NCBI GenBank assembly: GCA_973895155.1
Contig: OZ316895.1
Coordinates: forward strand, 19,358,803 to 19,422,802
DNA: 64,000 nucleotides
Direction of reading: 5' to 3'
From: Marsupella aquatica
Lineage: Eukaryota > Plantae > Marchantiophyta
The notes below the pieces were generated by a model. The model searched no databases, was not told the origin of the DNA, and saw only the letters and a list, made by a program, of their open reading frames with translations. Shown here piece by piece: positions 23,776 through 39,294 of this stretch. Both the position numbers and the translations under genes were made by a program. The first letter of the stretch is position 1. Each line of letters begins with the position of its first letter.

Positions 23776-26700
23776 ATGGCACCTAGTGGCCATCTGCTGC
23801 AACTTTTGCTTCCGAGCGTCAAGGCGATCAGAGTCGTAGGGACGACGACAAGGTCGCTCTCTTATGTTGTGCGCCCCCGCAGCTACAACAATAATAATTT
23901 CCAGCCAGAGGCAACGCCGCGTTGGCGGGGCATTGTGATGGCGAATGTGACGAAGGCGAATTTTCGGGAAGCTTGCGAGCAGCTGCAGACGCACTTGCAG
24001 GGGGCCGATTTTGTTGCCCTAGATTTTGAGATGACCGGCGTCGAGACGGCTCCGTGGAGAAGGCACTCTGAATTGGACACCTGCGAGACGCGCTATCAGC
24101 ACATCAAGAATTCTGCGGAATCGTTTGCCGTTTGGCAATGTGGAATTTGTCCCTTCCAGTGGGATGAACCTGGACAGAAATTCGTTGCTTACCCGTGAGT
24201 GTTTCTTGTTCCTTTCTCACATCGGGGAAAGATTCTTCCAGGACTCCAGGATTTGAGTAGTGAATGAGTGAGTGAATACAAATGAAAGAATGAATTGACG
24301 AATCAGTGAATGAAAGAGTGATAAAGCAGTGAATGAAAGAATGGAGGGAATGACAACATGGATGCATGAATTAGAAGGAATGAATTAGTGTATGAAAGAA
24401 TGAACGACTGAGTGACTGAATGGATAAAATCAGTGGATTACTTTTTATGTCTAGCCGCTTTTGGCATCTCTTAAGGTACATGACCTCCCATCCCCGTGCT
24501 CTATTTGAGTACTTTCAATTTTCTTTGTAGCTGATGATTATCTGTGCAAAAATTAGGGACACTGGAGCCCTTTGTACACTGCAATGCAAATTAACTTGTT
24601 CCTTTGTCAATAAGGACAATCAACTTCCATTTTAATGTTTTACTGACTGAGGTGTTTTTCACTTTGTTTGCGCTATGTTGGTAGACCCTTGTGGAATTCT
24701 CACCCTTGACGTGTTTGCTATTTGTACTTTTTCCTTTGCTGTTTGTTTCTGCTTGCTCTTTGGGTTCTTCCCTAAGTCGTTGCTTCGCCCTTGGTCCTCA
24801 AATCACTGATCACCAACTTTGACAATCTAACCTTATTTGGCTTGTTATATGGAATTTGTTTGGAAGTTTCTATGGGAGTGGTCCATAGTAAAACCCTTTT
24901 CTAGAAAGAGGATTTACGTTATGTTCGGATATTGATATGATTGCTTGGGAACACTGAAGAGGAATAATGCGTTTTCGTATACAATTGCGCAGACACAACT
25001 TCTACGTATTTCCACGCAACGAGTTACCCGTCGATATGACCTCTCGTAGTTATTTCTGCCAAACGACATCTCTGGAGTTTCTAGCAAAGCATCACTTTGA
25101 TTTTAATGCCACGGTTTATAATGGTAAGGCGAGTAGTTTCATATGACTAACTTTGCATTTTCTTTGTGTCATTTTCTAGGGTTCAAGACGGACTGGCGAG
25201 TAACTGAGAGGAAAGTTTTATATATCTTTGATGCGTTCCATTTCTTGACGATGAGCTGACCGTAATTATGTTTTGCTTTCAGGAATTTCATATTTATCAG
25301 TGGAGCAAGAAAAAATTGCAAGAGCTAAACTTGGGCTGACAGTGGAAGCCAGGATTCTGAAACACAAATATGTAGAGAGTGAGTCAGAGATTCCCCTTAC
25401 TAGAACAGCTGACGTTGTCTTCGCAGAGAGGGTAAGAGTTCAACTGGGACAGTGGCGGGATGGCCTCATGAGAAATAAATTGCAATGGCAGGTCACAGCC
25501 AAGGGAGTAAGAGGCAGCTTGAGCTCCCAGACAACCTCAATTGAACCTCCTGGCTTTGGAGTTTCTGGCATTCAAAGGGCTACCCAGGCTATAATTCCTG
25601 CTTTGGGGGAAGTTACTAGTGATGAAAGTTCAACCGTTCTCCGACCCTCTTATTATGTGGACATATTCGGTAATAATCAAGCGAAGCTGGTCAAGCAAGT
25701 GAGAGAGCTGATCTTGTCTTCCAGTATGTATTTCTGTACAATTTTAGAGGCTGTAGTGGAAACTGTGAAGCCTTGACCAATTTCGACTCACTATGGACAA
25801 ACTTTAGAAACATGTCCGGAGTGTCAAGATGCTTGTAGAGTACCCTCTAGATGTTATAATACTTATTCTCGTTAAGACAGCGCTGGATGAAGTTGCTTGT
25901 CATGACGATTGTCCGACTTAACAATCTAGATATCTTTTCGCAATATCCGTTTTTGCTTATGTTTTCTGCTCTTGGTACCTCTCAGATCTTATATCGATGA
26001 ATTTATATTTACCTCCATATTCTCAAGCATTGTTTGGCGTAGGTTATAAGGAAGCATTTTCCGGACCTTGTTCCTGTTGTGATGGCCAATCTTAGCAATG
26101 TGGAACGCCAGCAAGTGCGAATCATATTTACTTCTTCCACCGAAGACAAAGCAAATCTTCTGGTCCGTTTCCTTCCGTGCTGAAAGTGTCGTTTAAGAAA
26201 ACGCATACTTCCTGAGATGATTAGCCTTACCTGGCATCTATGTTCGTCAATTGCAGGAAGAATTGGACTTGGAGGAGTTGAGAGGCCTGGAGACTGTCCT
26301 CTCTAATGCTGTGGGGTTCCGTAAAATCATTGATGCGGTCAAAGCTTCTGGGAAACCGCTTGTTGGACACAATTGCTTACTTGGTATGGATATCGCATAA
26401 TCAGAGCCTCGTTCTGTAAGGCTACAACGTACACAATTTTTTCTTCCAGTGAGTCTTACTTTCATTTTGTTTTTGTCTCTGACAATGTCACATACGTAAA
26501 GAAACTAACGCATTCTGCAGGGTCATGATCATTTCTCATATTTGATATTTTGCTTTGCAGACTTGGCTCACCTGCATGATAAATTTGTTGGGCCCTTGCC
26601 TTCAAGCGTGAAGGGGTTTTCATCGTCTATGCTCAATTACTTTCCTTGTATCCTTGACACTAAGTACCTGCTGAAAACAGAGCCTACCCTGCGAGATGCA

Positions 26701-28097
26701 AATATAAACAGAAGTACCTCACTAGCAATTGTTTATCAAGAACTCTGTCATGGCTTCTCGGACAAATCGGCAATTCCGGGGAGATTCTATCATGGAAAAC
26801 CCAAAATTATTGGCAAGCCTATGTCGCGAGTAAAGTTGGAAATTGCAAGTGAACTCCAGAGGTTAGTTGTTTCATAACCAGGCTATGGCAATACTTAATC
26901 TCTCTTGGATTTCCCAAAGATGCTTGTGGGTGCTCCGTTTAATGCTCAGTCATGACAATCTTCTAGCTCCGCATTTGTTAATTTTGGTGAACCTATGTGT
27001 GCAGGTACTCTGGTGGACTGGATACAGGCTTAAAACATGAAGCTGGTTTTGATGCTTACATGACAGGTGCCGTCTTTGCTCAAATATGCCATTTGTTACG
27101 TGTTGATATCGGTACAATACGCCAACTCGCACACACAGCAGGTGGTACATCCATAGGTTTTGCAAGCTATGCGAATTTGATGATGTTACAAACCTTCCGA
27201 GGACAGGCTGCATTGGACCTGACCACAGGAAGTGAGGCAGTCGGGATCAAAGCTCCACGCGGACCGACAATACCTCCCTTCCGTTTGGCAGAAAGAGATA
27301 ATGTAGCGCTTTTCTGGGGACCACTCCCTGCACGTGGCCTGGAGGTATATTTGCGGAAAATTGTGCAGAACATCTTTGCCAAAGAAAGACGAATGGCAAC
27401 CATTGATATTTACCCTGTGGACGGAAGCTCTGCATTTGTAGAGTTTAGGAATTCTGCGATTCTGGACGATTTTTTCAAGGCTGTTGGAGGTTTAGTCGTC
27501 AGCAAGAGCGCAAGTTTCGGTGATGGCATAGAAAATGAATTCCCATTAAAAGCTGCGAGATTCGAGGCTTATGAGCGGATTTGCAGGTCTCCCCTGTCAA
27601 CTCCGTTACTTGGAACGGCAGCAGATTTGCTAGAGGTAAATCAGGTTGGGGGTGACTCTCTTGCTCGAATCGATGGCAGTCACGTTCCATCCGGAAAAGT
27701 GGAAAAGTGGCCAAACTCTGCAATTGGGGGTCAGGTAGCAACTGAAGGTCCAAATGCAGCCTTGGATACTGGGTCTTGTGAGGAAGCGATAGCTACCCCT
27801 TTGGAGGAAGAGATTAGTGGACAGACAGACAGCCAAGAGACTAGTCGGCAAATCCTGGAACCCACTCTAATCACCGAGTGCACAACTTCTGGTGAAGGCT
27901 CTTATTTGGGTAGTAGCTTTGTAGAGGCACCCATGAAAACAGACATGATCAGTAAAGGCAAGGACTGTTCCGATGAGAACATTAGATTTAGGAAGGGCAA
28001 GAGGCACGGTTCTGATGAGGATTATAATAACATTAGGACCCCAAAAAGGCCTAAATCAGGTCTTGGTACTGACGATAGTGGAGGGTCCAATCTGTGA
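23776..28097 (+). CDS. CAF1-family poly(A)-specific ribonuclease (PARN-like), 7 coding exons
   Basis: DEDDh motifs ALDFEMTG, VGHNCLLDL, LDTKYL, HEAGFDAYMTG. Approximate exons 23776-24194, 24993-25123, 25283-25697, 26043-26162, 26257-26382, 26561-26860, 27005-28097 with GT-AG borders. Confidence 0.9.
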
Positions 28098-28975
28098 GGA
28101 AGGTCCGGCCGCAACGGTAGATTTTAATAAAAATACAAAGAATTCCGTGATGGGATGAGAGCTCTCACGCGTGGCGTCGACCCACTGACTCCAATCTCAG
28201 ATTTGTCAACGAGTCATGTCCTGGCCAATTGTATTCAAAGAAGTACCAACTTTCCTCAATATTCGAGCCATATGGGTCAGGAGTTTTTTTCTGCATTATA
28301 TCCTCTTAAATCCTGTTAATTATTGCTGACCACACCCTTGCTGATGAGGCGTGGCTGTCCTGAGTCTATGTAGCCATCCCTGGTGTTGGCGAAGGGCCAG
28401 TGAAAGTGATTATATTCTGGTTCATGGTACTCTATTGCTAGAGAATGACAGCCACAAAGGTACAGAAGTGTCATGCCTTTTAAAAAAATTAAAATTAAAA
28501 AAAAAATCTAAGGGGAAATTTGTGAAGTGAGAGGGGAAATGTTGTGATAACTGTAAGTCACATCATTTGAACTCTAAACCTTAAATATAAAATAAAAATT
28601 GGAAGTAAAATTTGTGAAATCTCATGGAAAATTTGAACATTTGAACTCTAGACCTATTAGGCTCAACTCAGGAACTCCACGCTCATTCAATTGCTCATGA
28701 ACTTAGGTTCTACTGGGCCATACATTTCGACCAAGTTCAAACCCGTGCACTACAGTAGCTAATATTGGTCAATGCATACCCCAAAAGAAAAACTATGAGC
28801 CCCACAAATGAAGCATGCTCTTTATTGCCTTTGTGCTCATAAGTTTTGAATGACGTCCTTTACAACAATTGCTGAATATTTCTTTCCTACTCGTCTGCTA
28901 TAAAATACAAGTGCTACAGACCGTAGGTCTGCTAATCTGCTGTAAGACCCAAACCAACAAATGTGAAGTTCATCC

Positions 28976-31900
28976 TTACAAAAACCTTTTTAGCCATATA
29001 CCCACATTCAAGAAACTTTCAAACTCTGATTGAGGCCTGCGTCCAAATAATGCACACAGAACGTCTGATTAAAATCAAGTCAACACGACTCTTTAAGCTG
29101 ACGATAGATAAGACCTTGAGGAAGATCTCCCTTTCTTTCAGCAGTTTTACACGGATACTCTTATTACTGATCGAAGGCCTAATTCAAATAAGTTGTCTAT
29201 GTTTCACAACGAGTAATCTCCCGCTTTGTTTACTTGAAATGAAAAATAAAAAACTTATACTGGGGTACCAGGTAAAGACCATATGAACGACAATGAAAGT
29301 CTGTAGCATCCTGAACTCATAAACCTTTCAAACTCAACCACATCACGGAACAGACGACCCATCAGAACTGCTAGACAAACTACCAAAACCGAAACAGAAA
29401 TATTCTGGAGAAAAGTGTGACTTGTGGCTTACAATGGACACATTCAACTGGTACACAAGGTTATCTGGGTCTAAAGCGGGGTTACCTGTCGATAGAATGG
29501 ACATCGTCTGGGAAAAGAATGACCTTCACTTCGAGACCACGAGCCCGTAATGCTTGCACATACTGACAACCAAAGCGATATCAGAAAACGATACAAAGAT
29601 CTGACATTGAAAAAGGAGTCACACAAAACCATAGAATACTATCACATGCCAAGCAAATCAACACAAGACGCGACCTCTATCATTACCTGAAATCCGTTAG
29701 ACACGGGAACTCTCCTATCTTGAGCTCCCAACAAGAATAGCGTAGGCACCTTCACCTGCTCCACCAGCACGAGAAGTCGTTGAAAATTTCTCACAACAAG
29801 ATAAGATCGGCGGTTACAACAAGATGGCCTATATAAAGTATCATGCTGCATGGATCTCAACGCAGATGTAGTAACCAACCTTAGATAAATGTGCGACAGG
29901 TGACGCTTTGTAAAACATGGTAAGATCAGTGACAGAAGGAGCCTCAGAATATGTGGATAAACCTTCCTTTCCAAAAGTTTCCACATAGCACCAATCGGGT
30001 ATGTCAGTGATGCCCACCATTGACGAAAGATTGCAGACAGGATTTCTTAGGACAGCAGTGACAAATGTCTCTGGAGCCTGCAAACGTCAATCCAGCTCTT
30101 TGTTACATATTGTCCACATTGACCTTAACTTGGGTAACCAAGCTGATAAATTTTCACTTTCCTAAATAACACAACCATCAGTACACTTGCACTTTTCTTG
30201 AGTGTACCTAAATTCACTTTCTTGAGTATGTTACCTAAATGAATACACGACACAAGATTATCAGTTAATAGACGTGACTGCCAATGTAAAAAATTCTGAT
30301 TACCTACGGAGAGAGAAAGCAAACGTTCAGAAAGGGGGTCTCGCCTGTCCAATCAAGTGAGATGTAAGAAAACCACCATGAGAGCCACCAATAACAGCAA
30401 TTTTGTGCCGCTCAGCAAGCCCATCCGAAATTACTTTCTCCACGGCAACAAGAACATCTGATACATCCTATTCGAGAAAACGCAGAAAGAATATTCACAT
30501 TGTACCAGTGAGCACAAGTTTTCTGTCGATAAGAGACGCTAGCACTATCTTTTACAACATACCATTATAGCAATATTTGTACAAGAACTTGTTCCCACTG
30601 ATGAAAAGTTCCACAAGTATCTCGAGACCTCTGGTAGATATACGTTATAATTCCTTTCCATCGGCTTTCACATGGGATACTGATAGGATAATTTAGGATC
30701 ATAGCACAATTGAGAGCTTTAAAGTTAAAGACTACAAATGAGCATGGGTAACTTGAAGCGGCCGATTCTTCATGTGAGCACTTCACAAAATGAAAGTAAA
30801 TAATGATGAACTACAGTGTTTATAAAACAGAAGGTATGAACTAGAAGTTAATCAGCTTCTAGTTGCCATGAATGATTAACTTGTACCTGGCGGCCCACAT
30901 GACCTGGAAGAGATTGTAGAGCTTCTTCGCCAAAACCCAGAGAACCTCTGCTACAAAGCAATGTAAGTTAGCTTTGTCGAGAAAGAACCAACGGCTTCCA
31001 AGAAAGATGCTTGACACTACTTCCAGTAGTTTGCATAGTATTCAAGCTAGACCACTCCGTGAAAGCACGTTTTATTTACGGTATGGCTAACTGAGTGGTA
31101 CCTCTTTGTTAAAGGAAGATCGTACCTGTAGTTCACATGAAGCAGGCTGAAGCCCAAGGCTGATAAGAAGGCATACGTCCTTGAAAAGCTAGTTTGGCTT
31201 ACAGAATGCGGTCCACCATGGAGAACCACGACAAGAGGATAAATTTCAGGTTTCTTCGCGCCTCCTGGTTGTTGTTTGAAGGGAGATGGCTTTGGAGAGA
31301 CAAAGATGGCTTCAAATGGTTGCTTTCCACCTGTGGGATCAAACCGTAACGAAACTGATTAATAGCACTCAATCTCCAGAAGACTTTGTCCTGCATAAGG
31401 ATTTGAAGACAGAGAGTGGATCCAAATACTTGTTTCAGGGTGAATTAATATGCCAGGGAATTCATAGTTATCTTCTCCCTGGTCCGAGCATTCATCCAAC
31501 GTTTCCACACGCAATACGTCACATGTAGCTCATGATTTCAGCACTTGTTCCGACTTTCCTTGCTGATAGAAGTGAAGGAATAAAAAAATCCATGCTATCG
31601 TACCCTCAGAATCAACCTTCAGCTGGTCAGAATTTGAAACTGGTACTTTCAATACGGCATAAGTCGTAGATGAGAAAGCTGCCTCCACCTGCCAAAATGC
31701 ATTCCAATTCATCTTTGATTTAGTGGATGACAGTAAGCACGAAACCAGAAACTGAGAGTATGCGGAGACTTCCCATCTTGTTTAACAAACCCTTCCATTA
31801 TTATGCGACAGGCAACTCACCTACGTAGGTCAAAATGGACAACCATGAGGTATATTGAGGACTGAAGGACTCACCTTCTGATGATACTTGAGGGAAGGAA

Positions 31901-34900
31901 CAGCAATATCAGACCAACTCCATGACTTCTCTGCATTGTATAGGTTGGTCGCTGGAAAGCTACCTAATTTCAAGCTTGGAGGATTGACTGGGGAGCTGCT
32001 CACTGCAGTATTCATTCCAGCAAGGGGGAAACTCATTAGGTCCCACACAAAAACAAATTGTAACCCTCACTGTACGGTATCCTTGTCGTACTGGAAAATC
32101 TCTGAATAGTAGCTGATGGACCTTAAGTTCTGGGTGCAGCCGTCCTTAAGTAATCTCCTGATTCTCATGCCTGGGCCGTAAGACTAGGTGGATAAGTTGT
32201 CAGCCCACATACCTGCTACGACAAGATCATCTTGCACTCCCAGCAGGGACCAGGAAGCATTGGTAGCAGGTGTTATCCTTGTAACTCTGCCACTGCACAA
32301 CCGCAACTGCATTTAGCCCCTGGTATATGGGCGTGGCTAGCCAACTTCTGAATTAATGTGAGTATAAGAATCAACATACCTTTCAATATCGACACCCAAA
32401 ATGACCTGTGAGCTTCTCCAGTGAGATGACAGCAACAATGTTGCGCCATCCGATAGCCAAGGGTGGGCAATTAGAGTAGGCACGTAAAGGCCCGGGAAGC
32501 CTTCTGGGTCAGGTAGATTCACAACAGGAACCTGAAACACACTGCATGCTTTAATATTGAACAAGAATTGGTCTCGATACGACTGTAAGGGTGTCCAGGC
32601 AACAAGAAAACGTGCTGAGCTTACGTTTGTAAAGCGGATTGTTCAATAAAAAGTGAGCATCATCATCATGAAGCAAACTCGGCATAAGATTGCTTCATAA
32701 AGTTTGGACTATCAGACATCCAAATTGCATAGCTTGCGTATCTAACATGAATAAATATGCTTTCGTTCCACTTCACTAATGTAAAAACACATAAAGCGGG
32801 ACTGACCACGTCTTTCATGGGGAGCTGTGACGTGGGAACTCCTCCTGCCGGCCAGGAAATGGCGTGCAATGAGTTTGTTGCAGAGTGCGCTCCACTGTCA
32901 ACAGCAGCTTTTGCAGACAAAAATACTAGAAGCTTCCCATCTGGACTGCACATTAAAAATAACGTTATCGCTTAGGCAAGGCGTCGTGCTGAAAAATGAA
33001 TTTCTAACCAGGTTTCCATAATTTTTGTTGAGTCCTCCTACATCCGCTTCCGGATGACCATGCAGGTTCCTCCAACGCGCTACTACATTTTTAAAGCAGG
33101 TACTGTATTTAACAAATTAGAGCAACGATCATTCCAATCAAAGCGTATCATAGTGACCTGAAACGTGGTGTAAGGGCGCTGCTTATTTCCCCTGTAAGCT
33201 TCACAGGAGCTGGAGTAGGTTGAGACTCATCCCTGCACGTAAAGCAAATTTCCCTCATGATGAGTTTTTATGACGACTTCCCTATTTTGGGTTCCTTGGT
33301 ACTACTTAAATAATGAATTTGTATCATCCAGACGAAGTTGAAGCTCGGATGGACCGAGCCCGTGAACTATGCAAAAACCCCATTGGACCGTAACACCTAC
33401 AGCTTCACTCGTTGACACCCTTCTCCTTTCCAATTTTATAAACAGAAATTGTCCACCGTATATCTCCCTTCATATCCAGCGATATCGGCGGTGCTTGGAC
33501 TTGTTAAAAGCAGCTCGGAAAGATCGTTCCAACGGGTCTAATATCTCTCGATTTCATGAAGAACTGAGAGACCTATGAACTTATGAAGATGAGTCGATCA
33601 CTCACTGTCCGCAATTCGTGCTCTCAAAAGTTTTTGAGCAGCTAACTTCGACATTTTGTATCTCCCTCGTATCCAATGTAATCGGCTGTTTTTGGAAAGA
33701 TCTTTCTAATGAGCCTAATGTCGTCAAATTTCATCGAGAATTGCAAGACCTGCAAATCTCCAAAGGTGACTGTTCGTTTTCTTATCACATTTCACTCATT
33801 AGTGTAACATATGCTATATGAGCAGAAAATAGGCTTTCGCTGCAGTCCATCTCTGCAGTCTATCAGAGCGTCTTGGCAACCATGGAGGTCCATTCGGGCT
33901 TCAATTTCCATTCAGACGGGCCATAATTTTTACAGGCTTTCACATCGGCCAGACTTCTCAAAACAATAATGAAAACACTTCCGGGCTGACTGTGTAGCTC
34001 ATTTGGGAGATACTGACATTATTTTACACAAATACCCATCTTTGATATTCAAACTAGTCGTATATCCATTTCGGAACTTGTCCAGCAAAATGAGTGTCCA
34101 GAGAGTATGCAGGATTGACCTGGTACCAGACGGTGCTTCAACTGCATAGAGGGCACAGGGCCTGTTGTAACAATATTTCATTCCCAGCTTCCTTGTGGTG
34201 CTAAAGTTTGAGGCATAGGATGTCCAACCCACAAATACCAAATACTGCTCTCCTTCACCGTCAGGGGGAGGTGGTGCCCACACGACTTGGCCGACACTGA
34301 CATCTTTTGGAATCCCTTCAACAACCTGCACACCACCACTGCAAACAGGGCTGTTTAAGTACAGGGATAGTCAGTCGAAAACTAGCGAGATTTCATATAA
34401 TATTGAAAAGATTGACAAATCAATCTGTGCTATCAGACACTGTAAGAGAATCAGCTGTGAGCAGCAGTACCAAATCTTGCTCCCACAAACCCTTCTACAA
34501 AATTCCAACTACCTCATCTCTGACTGCTTTCCAGTAGTTATCTTCAAAATGTCTGGCCATACCTTCCCAAACTAGCCACAAATAAAACCGGCCGCCTCTT
34601 GCCAGAGTAGGATTCACCCCAATCTTCTAGCCAATCTCCTTGCCCTTTCCAAGTCCCTGCATCTACTTCACCCTCTGACTTGCTACTCTGCCCTGTCGAG
34701 AAGAGAGACTGGCCAAACAATGGGCGAGACGGAAGTGGTTCCTCTGCAACATAAGCTATATGTTCTTCATCGTGGCTCCAGGACACACCTTCAAACCTGG
34801 AAAGGAACATCAGAGCACAACTTCTCAGCCCCTAGTACAGCACAATGCGTCGATCCATTAGATCCTAGATACAACGTTGCGTCACACTTATTGTAGAATC

Positions 34901-35634
34901 AATCTTGCTCGTCTTTAAGGACGGTAAACAAGTCACATACCAGCCGTCGGCATATACGGAACCATGGACAGAAGATGGAACATGTAGGTCCTTCAGGAGC
35001 TGTCCAGGACCCCAGATTTCAAGCTTCACGGCACATGCACCATCCTTGACAATTGGGTCTGCTTTCCGGACTATCAAAAGTTTTGTGCCCGATGGAGAGG
35101 GAACAATCAGTAATGCTCCACTTAATTCGAATGGAAATGGTGACCAGTGATAATCGGCCGGATTACTGGCTACGTCTGGTATGTATACAGTAGAAATGAA
35201 AGTCCGCTTGGCATTTGCATGAAGGTTGATTTGGCTCATGGCTACCACAACATCCACGCCTCCACTCCCTGCATTCCACAGAGAGATACTCAGACCTTGT
35301 CAGATCACAGATTGATTCGAAACGTTGAAAGCTCTTCATTGAGTGCCCTATCAATATCGGGTTGTAAGGATCTTTTCCATGAAATGCGGAGCTGCGTTAA
35401 TGAGAAAATCAGAATGATGTTTGAAGCAGTCATCCCAATTTCATAGATCACGGATCTCTATTCTTTAGAAATTGGCAAAAAACTGCGCTAACCTTTCCGA
35501 GATGAGCTCGTCCATGCCTTGTCAATGTTAGGGATAGAATAAAATGCCTGCAGCAATTCAGCCTCTTTCCCTTCGAGTACTTCGCTCTTGGTTCCCACCC
35601 CAGACGTCGCACTCTTCTCAGTTGACTGATCCAT
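28976..35634 (-). CDS. AARE: Acylamino-acid-releasing enzyme (S9C peptidase), many exons
   Basis: LHGGPHS, VNYRGSLGFGEEALQSL, GGSHGGF nucleophile (~30370-30390), RNPVCNL, GAQDRRVP, DVHSIDRPQSEFESFLN. N-terminal propeller with DWGE and YCYNRPCALY. Confidence 0.93.
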
Positions 35635-37382
35635 AGATGGACGAGAACCTAGGCTGTAAAAGTGCAAGACACAGATCAATTGTGTATGTCGAAATACCAT
35701 AATGTTACTGCAGGCAGGGCCAACCGCGATGTATGAAATTGTAAAACATTCATCTATGCTTTCCGTTGAATATTATCATAAGGGCCTCGGCATTTTCATC
35801 ACAGTGTGTATGACACTCAGAAAATTAGTACGGATGCCAATATGTGCAAAGTGACCCATAGCATGACAGTCGGCATCCTTAACGATTTGACAAGCAAGAC
35901 ACACGTCAAGACGCTACATGCCGGCACAAAATGGTGCAGGGGATTCAAGTTTAGACTTTCCCAACTCTCTATGCAAAACACAAACCAACAAAACATTAAG
36001 GGGTGAAACGAAAACTCTGAGCATGCTCCAAAAATAAGATTGAAGTACTTTAAAAATCGTTCATTTCGGAATGGGGCACTGCCAATGCAGAATGCCCATA
36101 ATGCCATCGGAGGAATCCAATTTGAGGTGGACGGTCTATTGAAGACCTCTGGAACTTCAAGGCAAGGCCACTACAGGGATGAATAAAACCTCAAGAAACA
36201 AAACTGTTCGCATTGTAATAAGCATTTAAAAATTGGTAGTAAACTCTGATGGATACCCGGGATTGCTCACTTCAAAGGCGGGCACAGCCAGGGCCGAATG
36301 GCTGTAATCTGATCGGAGTAATTCAAATACAGTCTAGTTTTGCAAAAATAATACAATATTGTAGTAAACTTCGACAGACGTACGACTTCGTTCATTCCAA
36401 AAGGAGAGATAGCAAATGCGGAATGCGAATGCTGTGGAGGAATTAAAACTTGTGGTGAAAATTTAACCCACACCAGTAGCCTATAGCCACGTTACAATCG
36501 AAAAACACATCCACAAAATCACCAATGCGTGCAACGGAACAAATTGTAGCAAATTATTTTCGTGAACCGATGCTGTCACCCACTGGTGGCTACCGCACTC
36601 GCGATATCAAGTAGAGCCTGTAAATTTGCAAAGGCGATAAATATTGTCGCTACTCAAAAATCGACTCTGCGTCCCAATCGCCATGCCCAAATCCAAGACA
36701 GAAGAAAGCGTGGACGCCTTTCATCCGATGAGGGACCTAATACGGACTCCCAACGCGCCTTCCCTTTCTGCCCGCGCCATAAACTTGTGAAGTTCAAGCC
36801 TACTCACATTGGAAATCACGTGAAGAATTTTGAAAGACTTATTTGCTAGTAGACAAATGTCTCTTTCCTTCCTTCCGGAACCTTGAACCTCACCACGGAG
36901 CAATCAACCCATCCGGACAGGGAACACCAACTCAATGCGAGAAGAAATTTCAAAACAGCAGTACCATGAGATTCGAGAGGATCTTCCTGAGAGCCGAGCA
37001 CCGGCAGTGTTGGTGCCACAAGTTGGCAGTTGTAGACGAAGATGCCGAGTGCCTTTCCTTCGTGCGAGCGCGAGGGGGGCGAGTGAAAATGCCAGAAGGG
37101 AGAAGAGGGGCCGGGCGACGAAAAGCGGGCGAGAGAATGGAGAGCATGCCCTTACGCCAGTCGTTGCGGCACAATCCATAGAATTGTAAGGAGGTAGAGC
37201 TTCAGTGTCGAAGTTTCATGCCCGATAATATTATATGATGAATTCTTGTTCCCACGGCAAACCAGTTGGTAGATACACCGAAATTGGAAACGCATCTCTT
37301 CTTACGTCACACGAGCTTGAATGTATATTCTTTAAATATTATGTTAATATATGTCAAAAATCATGGAATCTAAAGCCCCGAT

Positions 37383-37525
37383 GGACCCATCCCCATGGAC
37401 TCGATCAGGCGAGTGTTGCTACTACACGGAACCGGTTGTGAATCATAGTTGACACCCATCCCCATGGACTCCATCAGGCGAGTGTTTCTTTTACACGGAA
37501 CCTGTCGTGAATCAAAGTTGACTAC
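37383..37525 (+). repeat. ~70-bp tandem duplication upstream of AARE
   Basis: cccatccccatggactc(g/c)atcaggcgagtgtt..acacggaacc..gtgaatca.agttgac occurs twice. Confidence 0.8.
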
Positions 37526-39294
37526 TTTGACTACCTTGTGAAGAAAAGTAGTCAAGACGTCATCATGTTTTTAGAAAATGAACTCCATTCAGTGTAATGG
37601 CTCAGCAGATCGAGAAGAATGGGGTTTCTTTATCTTGAAGCTCCAATCTATCCAATTGAAAGCAAACAAAATGGATCAATGACCTGGAAGATGTGATTGA
37701 AAACACTTGCACCACTCCATCACGGATTCGAGCCGGCTGCTTAACAAAATTGTCAAGTCATCATGAACTTCACAAGTACATAACATATTTTCGGACCCCA
37801 CTAGAGGTCAGTCGTGGAACTCGACTACCTTAACACTTAGCTCCGGCGTCGCTGACTCCGACGCCGAGCTCCCTTATGGTCCAGGCCCGGATAGGCCATC
37901 CGGGGAGGACTTAGCATGGGGAGACTTGTGGGCAATGAGATGTGGCACTGGCGAGACAAGGGGCCAAGCTGGGGACACAAACTAAGGACTTGGACTAGCC
38001 TATGGCTGGTCGGGTCAAGGGGAAATGGGCCGGGCTCAAAGATGGCCGTCCGCACCGTCGGATGGACTTTGAGTTCTGAGGGCTTGGGAGTGAGCTCCTC
38101 TTGGGCCCAAGGCCAATGGAGTTGACACCATTGGCAAGGGACGCTTGGGGCGCAAGTTGTGGCCCGATCCGGGTTGGGCCGGTCGGGGGCCCCGAGCGGC
38201 GATCAGACTTGAGGGCCTAGGCATGAGCACTGGGTCGGCCTAGTCACAACGGGCTAAGGCACTCCGCTTGCGGATGCCTATCAAGAAAGTTATGGGCGTT
38301 GCTAGTTGGTGGCGCGCCCATTAAGCGCGATGGGATCCGGGTTGGGGGCCAAATGTTTAGGGACCAAAGCTGGTCCGGGGTTGGCAGGTCTCCAGAAGCA
38401 TATATGAGGGGAGTGATGTCTCCCTGGGGGCTAAGGCCGAGCCGAAGTCGTGAGCCGCAGCGGTCGCGACACTAAGGGAAACCGCCAAATGGAAATGGCG
38501 ATATCTCCCCAACGGGAAGTCCGTTGGAGGACTTCTTGGGTGCGTTGGAAATCTCTTAAGGAGGGCTATGCCCTCCTGAGCTCAGATGAATCCGGGGGTG
38601 CCATGGGTTCCCGTGGTTTGTGGGTGTTAGCTCGCCCGCTTGCCAAAGCCGGCCGAATAGTAGCCAAGCCGCGTTCGGCCTTCCAAGGGAACTTGCATTG
38701 GGGAGGCAAGGCCAAGTAGGTATGGAGGCTGAGTCCCAAGGGCGCTCGGTCCCTAGACCATCAGTGGGGCAAATCGGGAGCGGTTGTTAGAGTCGGGGCC
38801 GTTCTGGTCCCGGCGTGTTGAGACAAGCTTTTGGACAAGCTACGCTATTTGGGCCATGAGCATGTCCTGAGGTCAGGGCGGTCAGTTGGTGATGGATAGG
38901 TACGAGGGGGAACCCGGGCCGCGCCCAAAGAAGGAGCTGTCCTGGACGGACAGCGGGCGTGGGTTCTGGTTCCGGCTTATGGCATCGGGAGGACCTATCG
39001 CTGACCTATTTATCAACGTCTGTTGAGCTTGAGTTAGGAGGCTAGACTTGGCGAGTTCTAGATCCGGAGGGGTTACTTACCGAGGTGCTTGGTTGCTTGT
39101 GCAGACTGTGAGGACTGTTGAGTAGCGGTCATGTAGGTGAGCAAGTGCGGCTTCGTATGGGAGGGGCTGCAGGTAGTGCTAGAAGCACTGAGATGCTTGC
39201 TCGAGGTATTCCGTGGAGGCGTTCGGGCACTAAGGACACTTAGACGCAAATGCTGGGATTGGTGAGGGCGCTGGGTGGCTAGGTCCACCACTTG